Positions 6,837 to 15,095 of a stretch of DNA of 25,419 nucleotides are shown in pieces. A model generated the notes under the pieces. The model saw nothing but the letters and a program-made list of their open reading frames with translations, had not been told where the DNA came from and made no database searches. Positions within the stretch are counted from its first letter, which is position 1, and the number at the start of each line of letters is the position of its first letter. The stretch lies in the IMG/VR virus record IMGVR_UViG_3300035670_000091. One strand, written 5' to 3'. The position numbers and the translations under genes were made by a program. The stretch comes from a virus.

Positions 6837-7742
6837 TTATCCAGCTCTGTAAGTAGCTGCCCTTCTAACCAATGTGTCTGTATCAGGCAACGATACGCCA
6901 TAAGTAGAGACATCTACGGATGTCTTACGGCTGTCTGCGTGCTCTTTTAGCTTACGTAGCAGTGGCACAGCTCCTGAAGCTTTTGCGGACTGCCAGCGGT
7001 AGTTGTGGAAGTCTGAGTAGCCTTCGCCTGTAGGACCAAAAGCCTCTCTTCTTCCTGAATGAATCTCGTCAAACAAAGCGACACCTTGCTCCAGAGCGGA
7101 CTGCACTCTAACTTCAGCATTACGGCGCATCGCATCGTTGCGAGAAGCGCTCATGTCTTGAACTGCGGCAGTAAAGCGGGTGTGGATTTGTTTGGCGAGC
7201 TTTGAGTCATTCTCTGCCACAGTGTCCCAAAGCAAGTTTTTAGGAGCAACTTGTGCAGGGTCAGGGTAAACCGTCCATTCGTCATACTTGAGGTCGTATG
7301 CAGCGTATGGCTTGATACTACGAATGTCCGTAGCGCCTGGATTTACATAGAAAGTTAGCTCAAAGCCATTCCAGTTGGAGGTTTGAGGGTGAAGACCATT
7401 GTAAAACTGCTCGTTGATAGTAGAGCTAATCTCTTTGTCAGATAAGCCCATGTATTCAGGGTTAGCTTTGCGGAACTGCTCGTAATCTACACCAACAAGA
7501 CAGTCTAGGTCTCCTGGCTCACGAGCTGCCTGCCATTGGTAAGAAACGCCAGAGCCAGCCAGCCATGGGTGTGCCCACAGGTCTGAATGGCGATAAAAGT
7601 GGCTTAGAAAGTCATGTAGAAGCCGAGTGATGCCCTGACGGACCCAGCCCTTGAGGGCACGTCCCTCAAAGAGCTTTGGGTCTAACGTCGGCGCTGGTGC
7701 GCTGAAGTACGAAGTAGGGTTGAGCGCACCAAAATCAGCCAT
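6837..7742 (-). CDS. Pol beta-superfamily nucleotidyltransferase
   Basis: LAGSGVSY...GDLDCLV (hGS...DxD) plus a downstream ELTFYV strand carrying a candidate third acidic residue. Confidence 0.75.
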   Translation of the reverse strand: MADFGALNPTSYFSAPAPTLDPKLFEGRALKGWVRQGITRLLHDFLSHFYRHSDLWAHPWLAGSGVSYQWQAAREPGDLDCLVGVDYEQFRKANPEYMGLSDKEISSTINEQFYNGLHPQTSNWNGFELTFYVNPGATDIRSIKPYAAYDLKYDEWTVYPDPAQVAPKNLLWDTVAENDSKLAKQIHTRFTAAVQDMSASRNDAMRRNAEVRVQSALEQGVALFDEIHSGRREAFGPTGEGYSDFHNYRWQSAKASGAVPLLRKLKEHADSRKTSVDVSTYGVSLPDTDTLVRRAATYRAG

Positions 7743-7778
7743 GCAACTAGTTTAGAGAAGTTACATGGCCGTGTCTTG
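7743..7778 (-). promoter_or_regulatory. probable leaderless promoter with GACAC box
   Basis: - strand reads CAAGACAC-N16-TAAACT-N6-ATG; no SD sequence before the ATG. Confidence 0.55.
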
Positions 7779-7792
7779 GTATGTGTAACGGA

Positions 7793-8074
7793 TTACTCTC
7801 CGTCAGGAACGATGCCACGCTCACGTAGAGCATCCTTCATGAGGTCCTGAACCTTCGGCTGTGCAGGGGCGAGGTAGTTGACTACAGTTCTAGCTACTCT
7901 GTCAGCAAGAATCTGAGCCTCAAACTCGTCCACAATCTGCTTGCACAGCTCGTAGAGCATGTAGTTGTTACCCTGCTCCACACGCTCAGGCAAGGTCTCT
8001 GGCACATCAGCCATAGTGCCGATAGTGCCGTCCTCGTTAGCGGTGAGGAAGAAATAAGTCTTTACTTTGTCCAT
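7793..8074 (-). CDS. hypothetical protein
   Basis: TAATG coupling with upstream gene. Confidence 0.75.
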   Translation of the reverse strand: MDKVKTYFFLTANEDGTIGTMADVPETLPERVEQGNNYMLYELCKQIVDEFEAQILADRVARTVVNYLAPAQPKVQDLMKDALRERGIVPDGE

Positions 8075-8637
8075 TAGTCGTACATTCCCATCAATGAGCG
8101 TCGTTTTTGAGTGATAACTGAGTGCATAGGGCAGAAGTTACACAGGTAAATCTTAGGCATACCTGGGGCGTTCTTAGGGTCAGGCAAGCCGAGGTCTTTG
8201 CGCTCTGCTGCGGTCTTTGGTAGAAGACGCTTCTGCTCTGACTGATAGTCGTCACAGTGGTCAGCTGGGCGGAGGTGATACTTGTAGCACTGCATAGCAT
8301 CTTCTGCGAACTGCATCTTAGTGCTGTAGTAGTTGCCTTCTGGGGTCATAGCGTCAAGACCTGACGAGCCTCCACCAGTAAGCTGCTTGATAATCTCTTT
8401 CTGGTGCGCTTGGTTAGCCCAGGTTTTTACAGGGAGAATAAACAACTTGCCCTTGTGACGTTCACCTGACGGATACTCATGCTTTTCAGCAGTCATCTCC
8501 AGAAGCAGGTCAGTCTCTGGTGGGCCATCATGTGGGGGAAGCTCGTCAATCGTCTTGCACTCTAGGCAAACTAGAAGACGGATAACTGGTCCGTCGTGAT
8601 TGAGCTCCCGCTTACCAATTAGCGGTGCTTCAGCCAT
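8074..8637 (-). CDS. Cys/His-rich putative zinc-binding protein
   Basis: CLEC, C-x2-H...C and CNFC motifs; abuts neighbouring genes. Confidence 0.75.
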   Translation of the reverse strand: MAEAPLIGKRELNHDGPVIRLLVCLECKTIDELPPHDGPPETDLLLEMTAEKHEYPSGERHKGKLFILPVKTWANQAHQKEIIKQLTGGGSSGLDAMTPEGNYYSTKMQFAEDAMQCYKYHLRPADHCDDYQSEQKRLLPKTAAERKDLGLPDPKNAPGMPKIYLCNFCPMHSVITQKRRSLMGMYD

Positions 8638-8997
8638 TTACTTCTTCTTTGGCTTGGTGGTCTTAGGAGCAGTCTTCTCTACTAGCTGGGCGGCTAGTTC
8701 TGCTTCCTTCTTGGCCTTGTTGATGGCTCTGGTCAATGCGGCTTTCTTGGCACGCTCCTGAGCCTTGGCCTTCTTAGCGAGGTCCTCTGACACCTTTAGG
8801 TCTTGGTCAGGGGCAACTTCCTTTAGAAGCTCCTCAACCTTTTCTAAGGTCTTGTCTAGGTCTACAGACAAGTCAGCTGAACGCTCCCATACGGTGCCGT
8901 CCTGAACCTTGCCGTCGCCGTCATAATCTACGGCGAATACGTCTAGCTTGGCATCTTTCTTGCCTTCTAGACCAAATAGTTTTTTCCAAAATCCCAT
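8638..8997 (-). CDS. hypothetical protein with DxDGDG loop and Lys/Ala-rich tail
   Basis: TAAGGAG RBS; DYDGDGKVQD motif; basic C-terminus. Confidence 0.75.
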   Translation of the reverse strand: MGFWKKLFGLEGKKDAKLDVFAVDYDGDGKVQDGTVWERSADLSVDLDKTLEKVEELLKEVAPDQDLKVSEDLAKKAKAQERAKKAALTRAINKAKKEAELAAQLVEKTAPKTTKPKKK

Positions 8998-9023
8998 GTC
9001 TTGCTCCTTATGATTGCTGGGGA

Positions 9024-9236
9024 TTATTTACCAGGGTTTACTCTAGCCTCTTCTGGGTAGTCGGTGGTAATAAAACCATAACCATAGAAGGGGTGAAGTG
9101 ACTGACGGTTGTCGAGAGTCTTCTCGTCGCCTACTCCAGCCATAACTTCAGTGTCAGGGCGTGCCTTGCGGTACTTACCGTCAGTTGCGCCTTCGTTCAA
9201 GCTCTTGTTCATTGAACGGCTAGTGTTTACTGCCAT
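9024..9236 (-). CDS. hypothetical protein
   Basis: TGATG coupling; AAAGGA RBS. Confidence 0.7.
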   Translation of the reverse strand: MAVNTSRSMNKSLNEGATDGKYRKARPDTEVMAGVGDEKTLDNRQSLHPFYGYGFITTDYPEEARVNPGK

Positions 9237-9430
9237 CAGTTCATTCCTTTCCAGAATGGGTGCTCTGGGTCTGACAAATCTACGTGGACAGTCCCAGTGA
9301 ACGGGTCCTTGACCATTGGAGCGTTTACGGATGAAAACATTCCTTCAAGTACCTGTTGCGCAGGAACTAGGGTATGAGCGTTAGTTGCCGTCCTTTTTGG
9401 GTCTTGCGACCTGTCTGGAACGTCGTTCAC
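9236..9430 (-). CDS. hypothetical protein
   Basis: GTG start overlapping the upstream stop. Confidence 0.6.
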   Translation of the reverse strand: MNDVPDRSQDPKRTATNAHTLVPAQQVLEGMFSSVNAPMVKDPFTGTVHVDLSDPEHPFWKGMN

Positions 9431-9627
9431 GACATCATTCCCTTCACTCTACGCTCCTTACGAGCATTGTCGCAGGTAGAGCAGATGCCTTTGCTGTACA
9501 TAAACTGCACAGGGTCCATAATCAAGCCACACTGTGGACAAGGGTGCGAACCCTTATACATGGTAGCACCTTTGGCTACGGCGTACGCCTGTAACTCTAG
9601 GGTTTCGCCGCCGTCACCATCAAACAT
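9427..9627 (-). CDS. small zinc-finger protein
   Basis: CPQC...CSTC; AGGAG RBS. Confidence 0.7.
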   Translation of the reverse strand: MFDGDGGETLELQAYAVAKGATMYKGSHPCPQCGLIMDPVQFMYSKGICSTCDNARKERRVKGMMS

Positions 9628-9799
9628 TTTTACTCTCCTGTATGGATTGGTGCAGAGCTGCTGCTCTGGTTCTAACTCTCTTTGTTCTTTTATCTAGATG
9701 AGTACCCGCTGCATTGCTTTGGCGAATCTGTCTCATCCCCTGTATGTAGGCAGGATTTGCCGACTTGTAGGACTTCTGTCCGTTAGCCTTTTGCGCCAT
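9620..9799 (-). CDS. small basic protein
   Basis: ATG 9799 chosen for its shorter overlap; Arg/Lys-rich SNAAGTHLDKRTKRVRTR. Confidence 0.6.
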   Translation of the reverse strand: MAQKANGQKSYKSANPAYIQGMRQIRQSNAAGTHLDKRTKRVRTRAAALHQSIQESKNV

Positions 9800-10385
9800 T
9801 GTGACCTGCCATAAATGACCCAAGTCTGTTCATAGCTTTCCTGATTGGAGCCGTGCGCTGCTCTCCGATGCGCTGTGCTTTAGCCATCTGGAAGTCGTAG
9901 TCATCGTTGTATCCTTCAGTGCCCTCTACAGGGCCACCTGCAGTCTTGCCGCCAAGAGCCTGATAGGTAACGTCCTTGCGGCCCATCTTCTTGGTGCTCC
10001 ATCCAGCAGGCTTGTAGTCATCGTTCCACTTAGTCTTGCCAGTGGTCTGTGCTCCTGCCTTGTTGTACGCAATCTGTGGCAATGGGTCAAACGCTGACAA
10101 GTGAGTAGCTCCTGCCATCAAAACAGCGTGCTCAGCAGCTCTTTGTCCTACGTTTTCATACGGAGCGTCAGGGTGCTTGAACACGCTGGTCAACTCTCCC
10201 GAAGGCTTCACTGCGTATCCTGCTTTACCATCGTTAGTCAGGTACATCTTCATACCCTTGTAGTCCGACAGTTTGTGGATGTCTACTGCTGCGCCTTTTG
10301 GATTGGCTTTCTTTGCCTCAGAAATGCGCATGCGGAAGATGTTGGCCTCACTCGAAGCCAACTCAGTAAAGTGAGGAAAAGTCAT
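9783..10385 (-). CDS. GNAT-like fold protein
   Basis: DGKAGYAVKPSGELTSVF...GATHLSAFD...Y..AG...WNDDYKPAGW resembles GNAT-like domains of phage polyvalent proteins. Confidence 0.5.
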   Translation of the reverse strand: MTFPHFTELASSEANIFRMRISEAKKANPKGAAVDIHKLSDYKGMKMYLTNDGKAGYAVKPSGELTSVFKHPDAPYENVGQRAAEHAVLMAGATHLSAFDPLPQIAYNKAGAQTTGKTKWNDDYKPAGWSTKKMGRKDVTYQALGGKTAGGPVEGTEGYNDDYDFQMAKAQRIGEQRTAPIRKAMNRLGSFMAGHNGAKG

Positions 10386-10717
10386 AGGAAAGCCTCTTGG
10401 TGGTAGCCCCTAGGAGCGCCCTCGAGGGTAAGTCGATGACCCGACAAGTCAACGGTAGAGGAGTTGGCGTGCATCACATCGATTGCCTTCATAGCGCTGT
10501 TGGTGCCCGTAGTGAGGGCTGAGTGCGCCGACTTGTAGTCTTGGCGCTCATCAAAAGTCTGGGCTTTCATCACGTGGTTAAAAGCGTGGTCTAGTAGACC
10601 GTCCACATGGTTACGGTCAGTCTCATTGTCATACGCAATTGAGTATGCGTGCACGCCGCTCAAGTGCTGTAGAGACTCAATAGCTGAGTCAATGTGAAGA
10701 GAATCGTGAAATCCCAT
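10382..10717 (-). CDS. His-rich hypothetical protein
   Basis: AAGGA RBS; ATGA coupling. Confidence 0.7.
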   Translation of the reverse strand: MGFHDSLHIDSAIESLQHLSGVHAYSIAYDNETDRNHVDGLLDHAFNHVMKAQTFDERQDYKSAHSALTTGTNSAMKAIDVMHANSSTVDLSGHRLTLEGAPRGYHQEAFL

Positions 10718-10726
10718 AACCTATCC

Positions 10727-11116
10727 TTATACGTCCTGAAGACTGTTTCTACTGCTACCAGAATACCCTGCAACTCCGCCTGAGTACCAGCTAATTCGAG
10801 GCTCCTCGTAGTTGCGGTTGATGGATACAACATCCTCAATAGTGGGTTGGGTACGCTCGCCAAATCCAAAACGGTCTGGAAACAATCTGATTTGCGGAAG
10901 TGGTGGGCGTACCAACTCTTGTAGTGCTGCTCCAGGCATAGTGGCAGCAGCGATGGCTTGAGAGGTAAGTCTTTCTTGGTTTGAGGCCCATGGTCCGTCA
11001 TACGTCCAACGGGGCTTGACTACGTCCGTCGGCTCTCCTGCACGCCATGGCTTGGTGTGGTCGTACACACCATCAATCTGTTGTCCTGCTGGGACGTTGT
11101 AACCCTGAGTTGACAT
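10727..11116 (-). CDS. hypothetical protein
   Basis: TAATG coupling. Confidence 0.75.
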   Translation of the reverse strand: MSTQGYNVPAGQQIDGVYDHTKPWRAGEPTDVVKPRWTYDGPWASNQERLTSQAIAAATMPGAALQELVRPPLPQIRLFPDRFGFGERTQPTIEDVVSINRNYEEPRISWYSGGVAGYSGSSRNSLQDV

Positions 11117-12489
11117 TAGAACAACATCCCGTCTGAAGGCTCTTTGCTACGCAACCTCTTATCAGCTGTGTCAGTTTTTGGTGTTAGAGCAGCCGAGTAT
11201 TGTGGGTCCTGGCCTTCTGCACGTCGTGCTCCTGCCCAAGTAGTCTCTTGAACCAAAGTAGCAGGTACAGTAAAGTCCAGTCCTAGCTTTTGTTGCAGAT
11301 GAGTAGCGGTTTGATGAACTGCTTCTTGGTGAACAGCGTGCTCAATTCCAATTGGAGTTACTTTGGCGTCTTTCAACCCAACAGTTTGCACCTTTCCTGA
11401 AGGAGTGGTGCGTGACTTCTTAGTCACGTAGTTGGCATCAGACGAAGTGGTGAACGCCTTTCCAGGCTGAGCGTAGCTAACTCGTCGTTCCCAAAGGTCT
11501 GCAGGAGTGGACGCCTTATTAGAAAGTGCGCCTTCATTTGATGAACGAAGGTTGTGGAAATCGAAACTCTCTTGGTAGGCACCGTTGCGTAGGGCTTCTC
11601 CTACTTTTCTTGCTCTATCACGGTACTCTTCGTGCTCTGAGGTTCCTGGCTCAGACACCATGTGTGCTGCAGCATAGCTAATTTGCTTGGGGTTAGTGTA
11701 CGGACTAGACGCCTCCCCCTGCATTACAGATTGTGCATGGCTAATGTTTCCTCGAATAGCAGTCTTAGCTAAACCATCAAGGTCTACTCCTGTGGAATGC
11801 TGCTTAGCGATGTCACGCACTGCTGGATTAGTAAGCTCTGCTGCAACCTTGGGGTGAACTTCTGAGAACGGAACGCTCTTACCCCAGTGTTTTTCAGGGA
11901 CAGACACTACCCTCTCGCCGTTTTTGTTTCTCAAGTTACTTAGCGCATTGATAAGTGGGGCGTCAAAATGCACTACACCTGACTTGTGAGCGCTAATCAG
12001 TGCCGTCAAAGATTCTTTCTCAGCGACAGGGGCTGTACGTACGCTTAGTTTTGAACCAGCATCCAAGGCTGTAGAAATGCTGGTGTCACTTCCAGCAACG
12101 ATGTCATCTACTTGTTTTCTGTGGTTATAGTAAAACTCTGCTCCACCAATGTGCTCGTCAGGGAGTCGGTAAGTAGTCGCAGCGTTCGTAATGTGGCGCA
12201 CTCGCTCTTCGACTGCTTCGTGCATGTGGAAGGGCTTATTTACAGCGTCAGACAACGAGTCCTTAGCTTTCGCTGCCTTCTGGTACTCGTGTTCGGTAGG
12301 AGTAGTTCCACTTGCACTTCTTTTAGCAGGAATTGCGGCGATGTCTTTCAGCCCAGACCTAGTCTTCTTACTTACATCGCTCACTAATGAGACGGCTGTC
12401 TTCTGCTCTTGAGGACTTAGGTCCGACATTCTTAGGGCACGCTGGCCTGATAGAAACTCTGGACTTCTGTAGGACTTTTCTTTAGCCAT
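11116..12489 (-). CDS. large hypothetical protein, possible divergent HhH-GPD glycosylase-like phage family
   Basis: Ordered motifs G.EFY, KLS, PK..SY, PADLW.RR and VQETTW...R; start at the TAATG overlap (12489); the family call is tentative. Confidence 0.4.
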   Translation of the reverse strand: MAKEKSYRSPEFLSGQRALRMSDLSPQEQKTAVSLVSDVSKKTRSGLKDIAAIPAKRSASGTTPTEHEYQKAAKAKDSLSDAVNKPFHMHEAVEERVRHITNAATTYRLPDEHIGGAEFYYNHRKQVDDIVAGSDTSISTALDAGSKLSVRTAPVAEKESLTALISAHKSGVVHFDAPLINALSNLRNKNGERVVSVPEKHWGKSVPFSEVHPKVAAELTNPAVRDIAKQHSTGVDLDGLAKTAIRGNISHAQSVMQGEASSPYTNPKQISYAAAHMVSEPGTSEHEEYRDRARKVGEALRNGAYQESFDFHNLRSSNEGALSNKASTPADLWERRVSYAQPGKAFTTSSDANYVTKKSRTTPSGKVQTVGLKDAKVTPIGIEHAVHQEAVHQTATHLQQKLGLDFTVPATLVQETTWAGARRAEGQDPQYSAALTPKTDTADKRLRSKEPSDGMLF

Positions 12490-13016
12490 TATGACCACCT
12501 AGGACGTAGGTACGACAGACGCTGTGCACGCCTCTCATCAATGTTCACGGGTGCATCAGACCGCATGTTGGCCTTACCATCATTTACCAAGTGTGGTGGC
12601 GGAGCCATCTCCGACAGAATCGTGGCACGAGGAACCATGAACGTCTGGTTCTCTTTGTCATACTGAATCTTCATCTGGCGCTGCAGACCTGATTGTGGGT
12701 TGAAATCCATTGACCAGAAGTAGTGGTCAGGACCAATCTTTTCACCCTTGTGGACACCACGCTGGTATTGCTTTTGTCCTACACGGCTCTTGATGCTGTC
12801 CAACAACTTGTCGTCACGACGGCTACGGATAGTGCCGAGGTAGCCATCTGGGTATTCAGCAGACGGTGTACGGCCAATACCGATGCGAACCGCATCCAGT
12901 TCACCACGTGCTACAGGAGTTCCTGCGCCACCTTGGTTGTTATAGCCGTATAAACCGCCTGCGCCGAGCGACTGCCAGTTTTGGTTGGGCGCAAAGGAGT
13001 TGTAATCTCCTGGCAT
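12489..13016 (-). CDS. hypothetical protein
   Basis: AGGGAGG RBS; TAATG coupling. Confidence 0.8.
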   Translation of the reverse strand: MPGDYNSFAPNQNWQSLGAGGLYGYNNQGGAGTPVARGELDAVRIGIGRTPSAEYPDGYLGTIRSRRDDKLLDSIKSRVGQKQYQRGVHKGEKIGPDHYFWSMDFNPQSGLQRQMKIQYDKENQTFMVPRATILSEMAPPPHLVNDGKANMRSDAPVNIDERRAQRLSYLRPRWS

Positions 13017-13276
13017 TATCCCTCCCTAGGCACCTGTGAGACAGCTGTAGGCTCATCAAACAGTGTTGACTTACCTGTCTGAGAGCTGTAACCAACGCCT
13101 GCTGGGGTTCTCCAAGAGGTCTTAGACGCTAGCGAGCCCATGGTGGAGGCTTTTCCAGGTAGCGGAGCTTGAGGTCCCTGATACTCGTCAGAAGGAGTTA
13201 GGTCCTTCATCGGGGTAGCAGAAACCTTGTACTTGTTTTGTGCCCTAGATGCTGCCTGGTGTCCCCAGTCTTCCAT
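13016..13276 (-). CDS. hypothetical low-complexity protein
   Basis: AAGGAG RBS. Confidence 0.7.
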   Translation of the reverse strand: MEDWGHQAASRAQNKYKVSATPMKDLTPSDEYQGPQAPLPGKASTMGSLASKTSWRTPAGVGYSSQTGKSTLFDEPTAVSQVPREG

Positions 13277-13287
13277 TATGGGCTCCT

Positions 13288-13680
13288 TTAAAAGCTGCCT
13301 GTATCTTTGAACATGCTTCCGATGTCATCGGCAATCTGAACAGCAGTTTTGCTTACAAGCCTGCCCTTGGCAATAGTTGGGCCTACGGTTGGGTCCATGA
13401 AGTGAGAAGCATCAGCAGTAATCTTGTAGGCAGCACCGTTACGGTCCTGGCCTCCAGATACGCCTGGAGCGCCTTGCTCATCCGACATTACCTCGTGAGG
13501 AGTGTCAATCGGTCCGCTACCCAGGGCTACACGAGAGCTGTTAGCAGAACGAGCCATGTCGTAGTGCTCCTCGTGAGTAGGGTGCTGACGGCCGTTTGTC
13601 GGACCTGCAGCCTCTAGGTGGTTCGATGGAGCTCCAATGCGGCGACGCATTGCGTGCCCCATGTCAGACCATTCAGGCAT
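13288..13680 (-). CDS. hypothetical protein
   Basis: TAAGGAG RBS. Confidence 0.75.
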   Translation of the reverse strand: MPEWSDMGHAMRRRIGAPSNHLEAAGPTNGRQHPTHEEHYDMARSANSSRVALGSGPIDTPHEVMSDEQGAPGVSGGQDRNGAAYKITADASHFMDPTVGPTIAKGRLVSKTAVQIADDIGSMFKDTGSF

Positions 13681-13719
13681 AAAATCTCCTTATGTACGTA
13701 CTACAAGGGTACGCCGAAA

Positions 13720-14010
13720 CTAGCTTGCTGTAATGGCAAACATAATGGCGCTAATCTCGCCGTCACGGGACTCAATTGTGGTAAACCCAGGCTTACAAGT
13801 AAGGTCTAGGCCACGAGGAGCCACGTATCCACGAGCGATTGCGATTGCTTTAACGGCCTGATTTACAGCGCCTGCACCAACGGCACGGAGCTTTACCTGA
13901 CGGTTCTCATAGACAGCGTGGGCAATTGCTGATGCTACAGATTGTGGGTTAGAGCTAGCGGATACCCGCAGAAATGACTCTTCATTATTGCTGAGGACTT
14001 CTTCTGTCAC
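13720..14010 (-). CDS. spoVS: SpoVS-family (Alba-like fold) protein
   Basis: LRVSASSNPQSVASAIA...AVGAGAVNQAVKAIAIARGYVAP.G.DL...PGF is the SpoVS signature. Confidence 0.92.
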   Translation of the reverse strand: MTEEVLSNNEESFLRVSASSNPQSVASAIAHAVYENRQVKLRAVGAGAVNQAVKAIAIARGYVAPRGLDLTCKPGFTTIESRDGEISAIMFAITAS

Positions 14011-14069
14011 TTTTAGTGTTCCTTTGTTGTCGATTTAGTGTGCCATCCTCGACAACAATGGTGACAGAA
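14002..14069 (-). promoter_or_regulatory. hairpin sequestering the spoVS start codon
   Basis: Nested perfect inverted repeats 14002-14010/14061-14069 (9 bp) and 14024-14033/14049-14058 (10 bp). Confidence 0.65.
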
Positions 14070-14077
14070 ACTAATGG

Positions 14078-14677
14078 CTAATTGTCCCTGAACTTCAAGT
14101 CTTTTAGCTGTTCTACAACAGCTTTTTCTGTGGCATCTGAGGCGATACCAGCGGCCACACGGGCTAAGGCGTAGGAATCAGCAGCGTTATCATCATTAAA
14201 CTCTACGTTCCAACGCTTGTACATCTGCATCAGCATCTCCTGCTTCTTAGCAGTGCCCTTGCCTGAGGCGTATTTCTTCAGGGTCATAGGCGGAACCTGC
14301 AGAGGCGTACGCAAGTGCTCCTCGTACGGAATGACGCTGTACAAGTTTCCATCAAAGTAATCCCAGATAGTTAGCTTTACTAGGCCAGCTAGCTCTCCCA
14401 ACTTTAGGGCTGAGTGGGAGGCTAGCACGGTGCCCTCCATGGCGATGTCGGTTACTCGGCAGTTCTGCTTGTCCAAGAAGTCAAACTTATTCATCATCCA
14501 CCAACGGATGTCCGACAGACGTCTGACACCTTGGTAAGGGGATTTGTATACCCATGTCTCGTAGGCTTCTGGCTTATCGATGTTCAACGCAGTCATGGCA
14601 AACCCAGTCAAGGATTGGTCAATACCTACAGTGACTTTGCCTGCCAGTAGCCCTCCATCAAATACTTTCTCAGTCAT
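14078..14677 (-). CDS. ruvC: RuvC-like Holliday junction resolvase
   Basis: VGIDQSLTG, IAMEG, P.TLKKYASGKGTAKK and DDNAADSYALA motifs. Confidence 0.9.
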   Translation of the reverse strand: MTEKVFDGGLLAGKVTVGIDQSLTGFAMTALNIDKPEAYETWVYKSPYQGVRRLSDIRWWMMNKFDFLDKQNCRVTDIAMEGTVLASHSALKLGELAGLVKLTIWDYFDGNLYSVIPYEEHLRTPLQVPPMTLKKYASGKGTAKKQEMLMQMYKRWNVEFNDDNAADSYALARVAAGIASDATEKAVVEQLKDLKFRDN

Positions 14678-15095
14678 TTACTTTCCACATCTTGCAGAAC
14701 TTCATTAGCCCCTTAAAGTTGACTAATACGCCAAGACTGGCAGCAGAATGAGCATTGGCTATTGGTTGGGCACTCTGCGGTGGCTGAACAAACTCAATGT
14801 ATTTACGTAGGTGCTCAGTTTTGATGATAAACATCGCCTGACCATCAGGAGAGGCCTGCACCCACCATTTAGCTTGGGTGACGTTTATACCAGACGGGAC
14901 AGCGTCCGACTGGTCTGGATTACGAAACTTGTGAGTCTCTACGTAGATGTTGCCTGTCTCGTTCATACGATAGTCAGTCTTGACTTCAAACAGGTTGTTG
15001 TCTTCTCCATCGGCAAAGAACAGGTCTAGTAGGTCTTCGCCTACGTTCCCTCTATCTAAATCTCTGTCGAATCTGGGTTCGTATTTGCTTGCCAT
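14670..15095 (-). CDS. PD-(D/E)XK-like nuclease-fold phage protein
   Basis: FEVKTD...TGNIYVE...PSGI..T.A.WW pattern. Confidence 0.6.
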   Translation of the reverse strand: MASKYEPRFDRDLDRGNVGEDLLDLFFADGEDNNLFEVKTDYRMNETGNIYVETHKFRNPDQSDAVPSGINVTQAKWWVQASPDGQAMFIIKTEHLRKYIEFVQPPQSAQPIANAHSAASLGVLVNFKGLMKFCKMWKVND

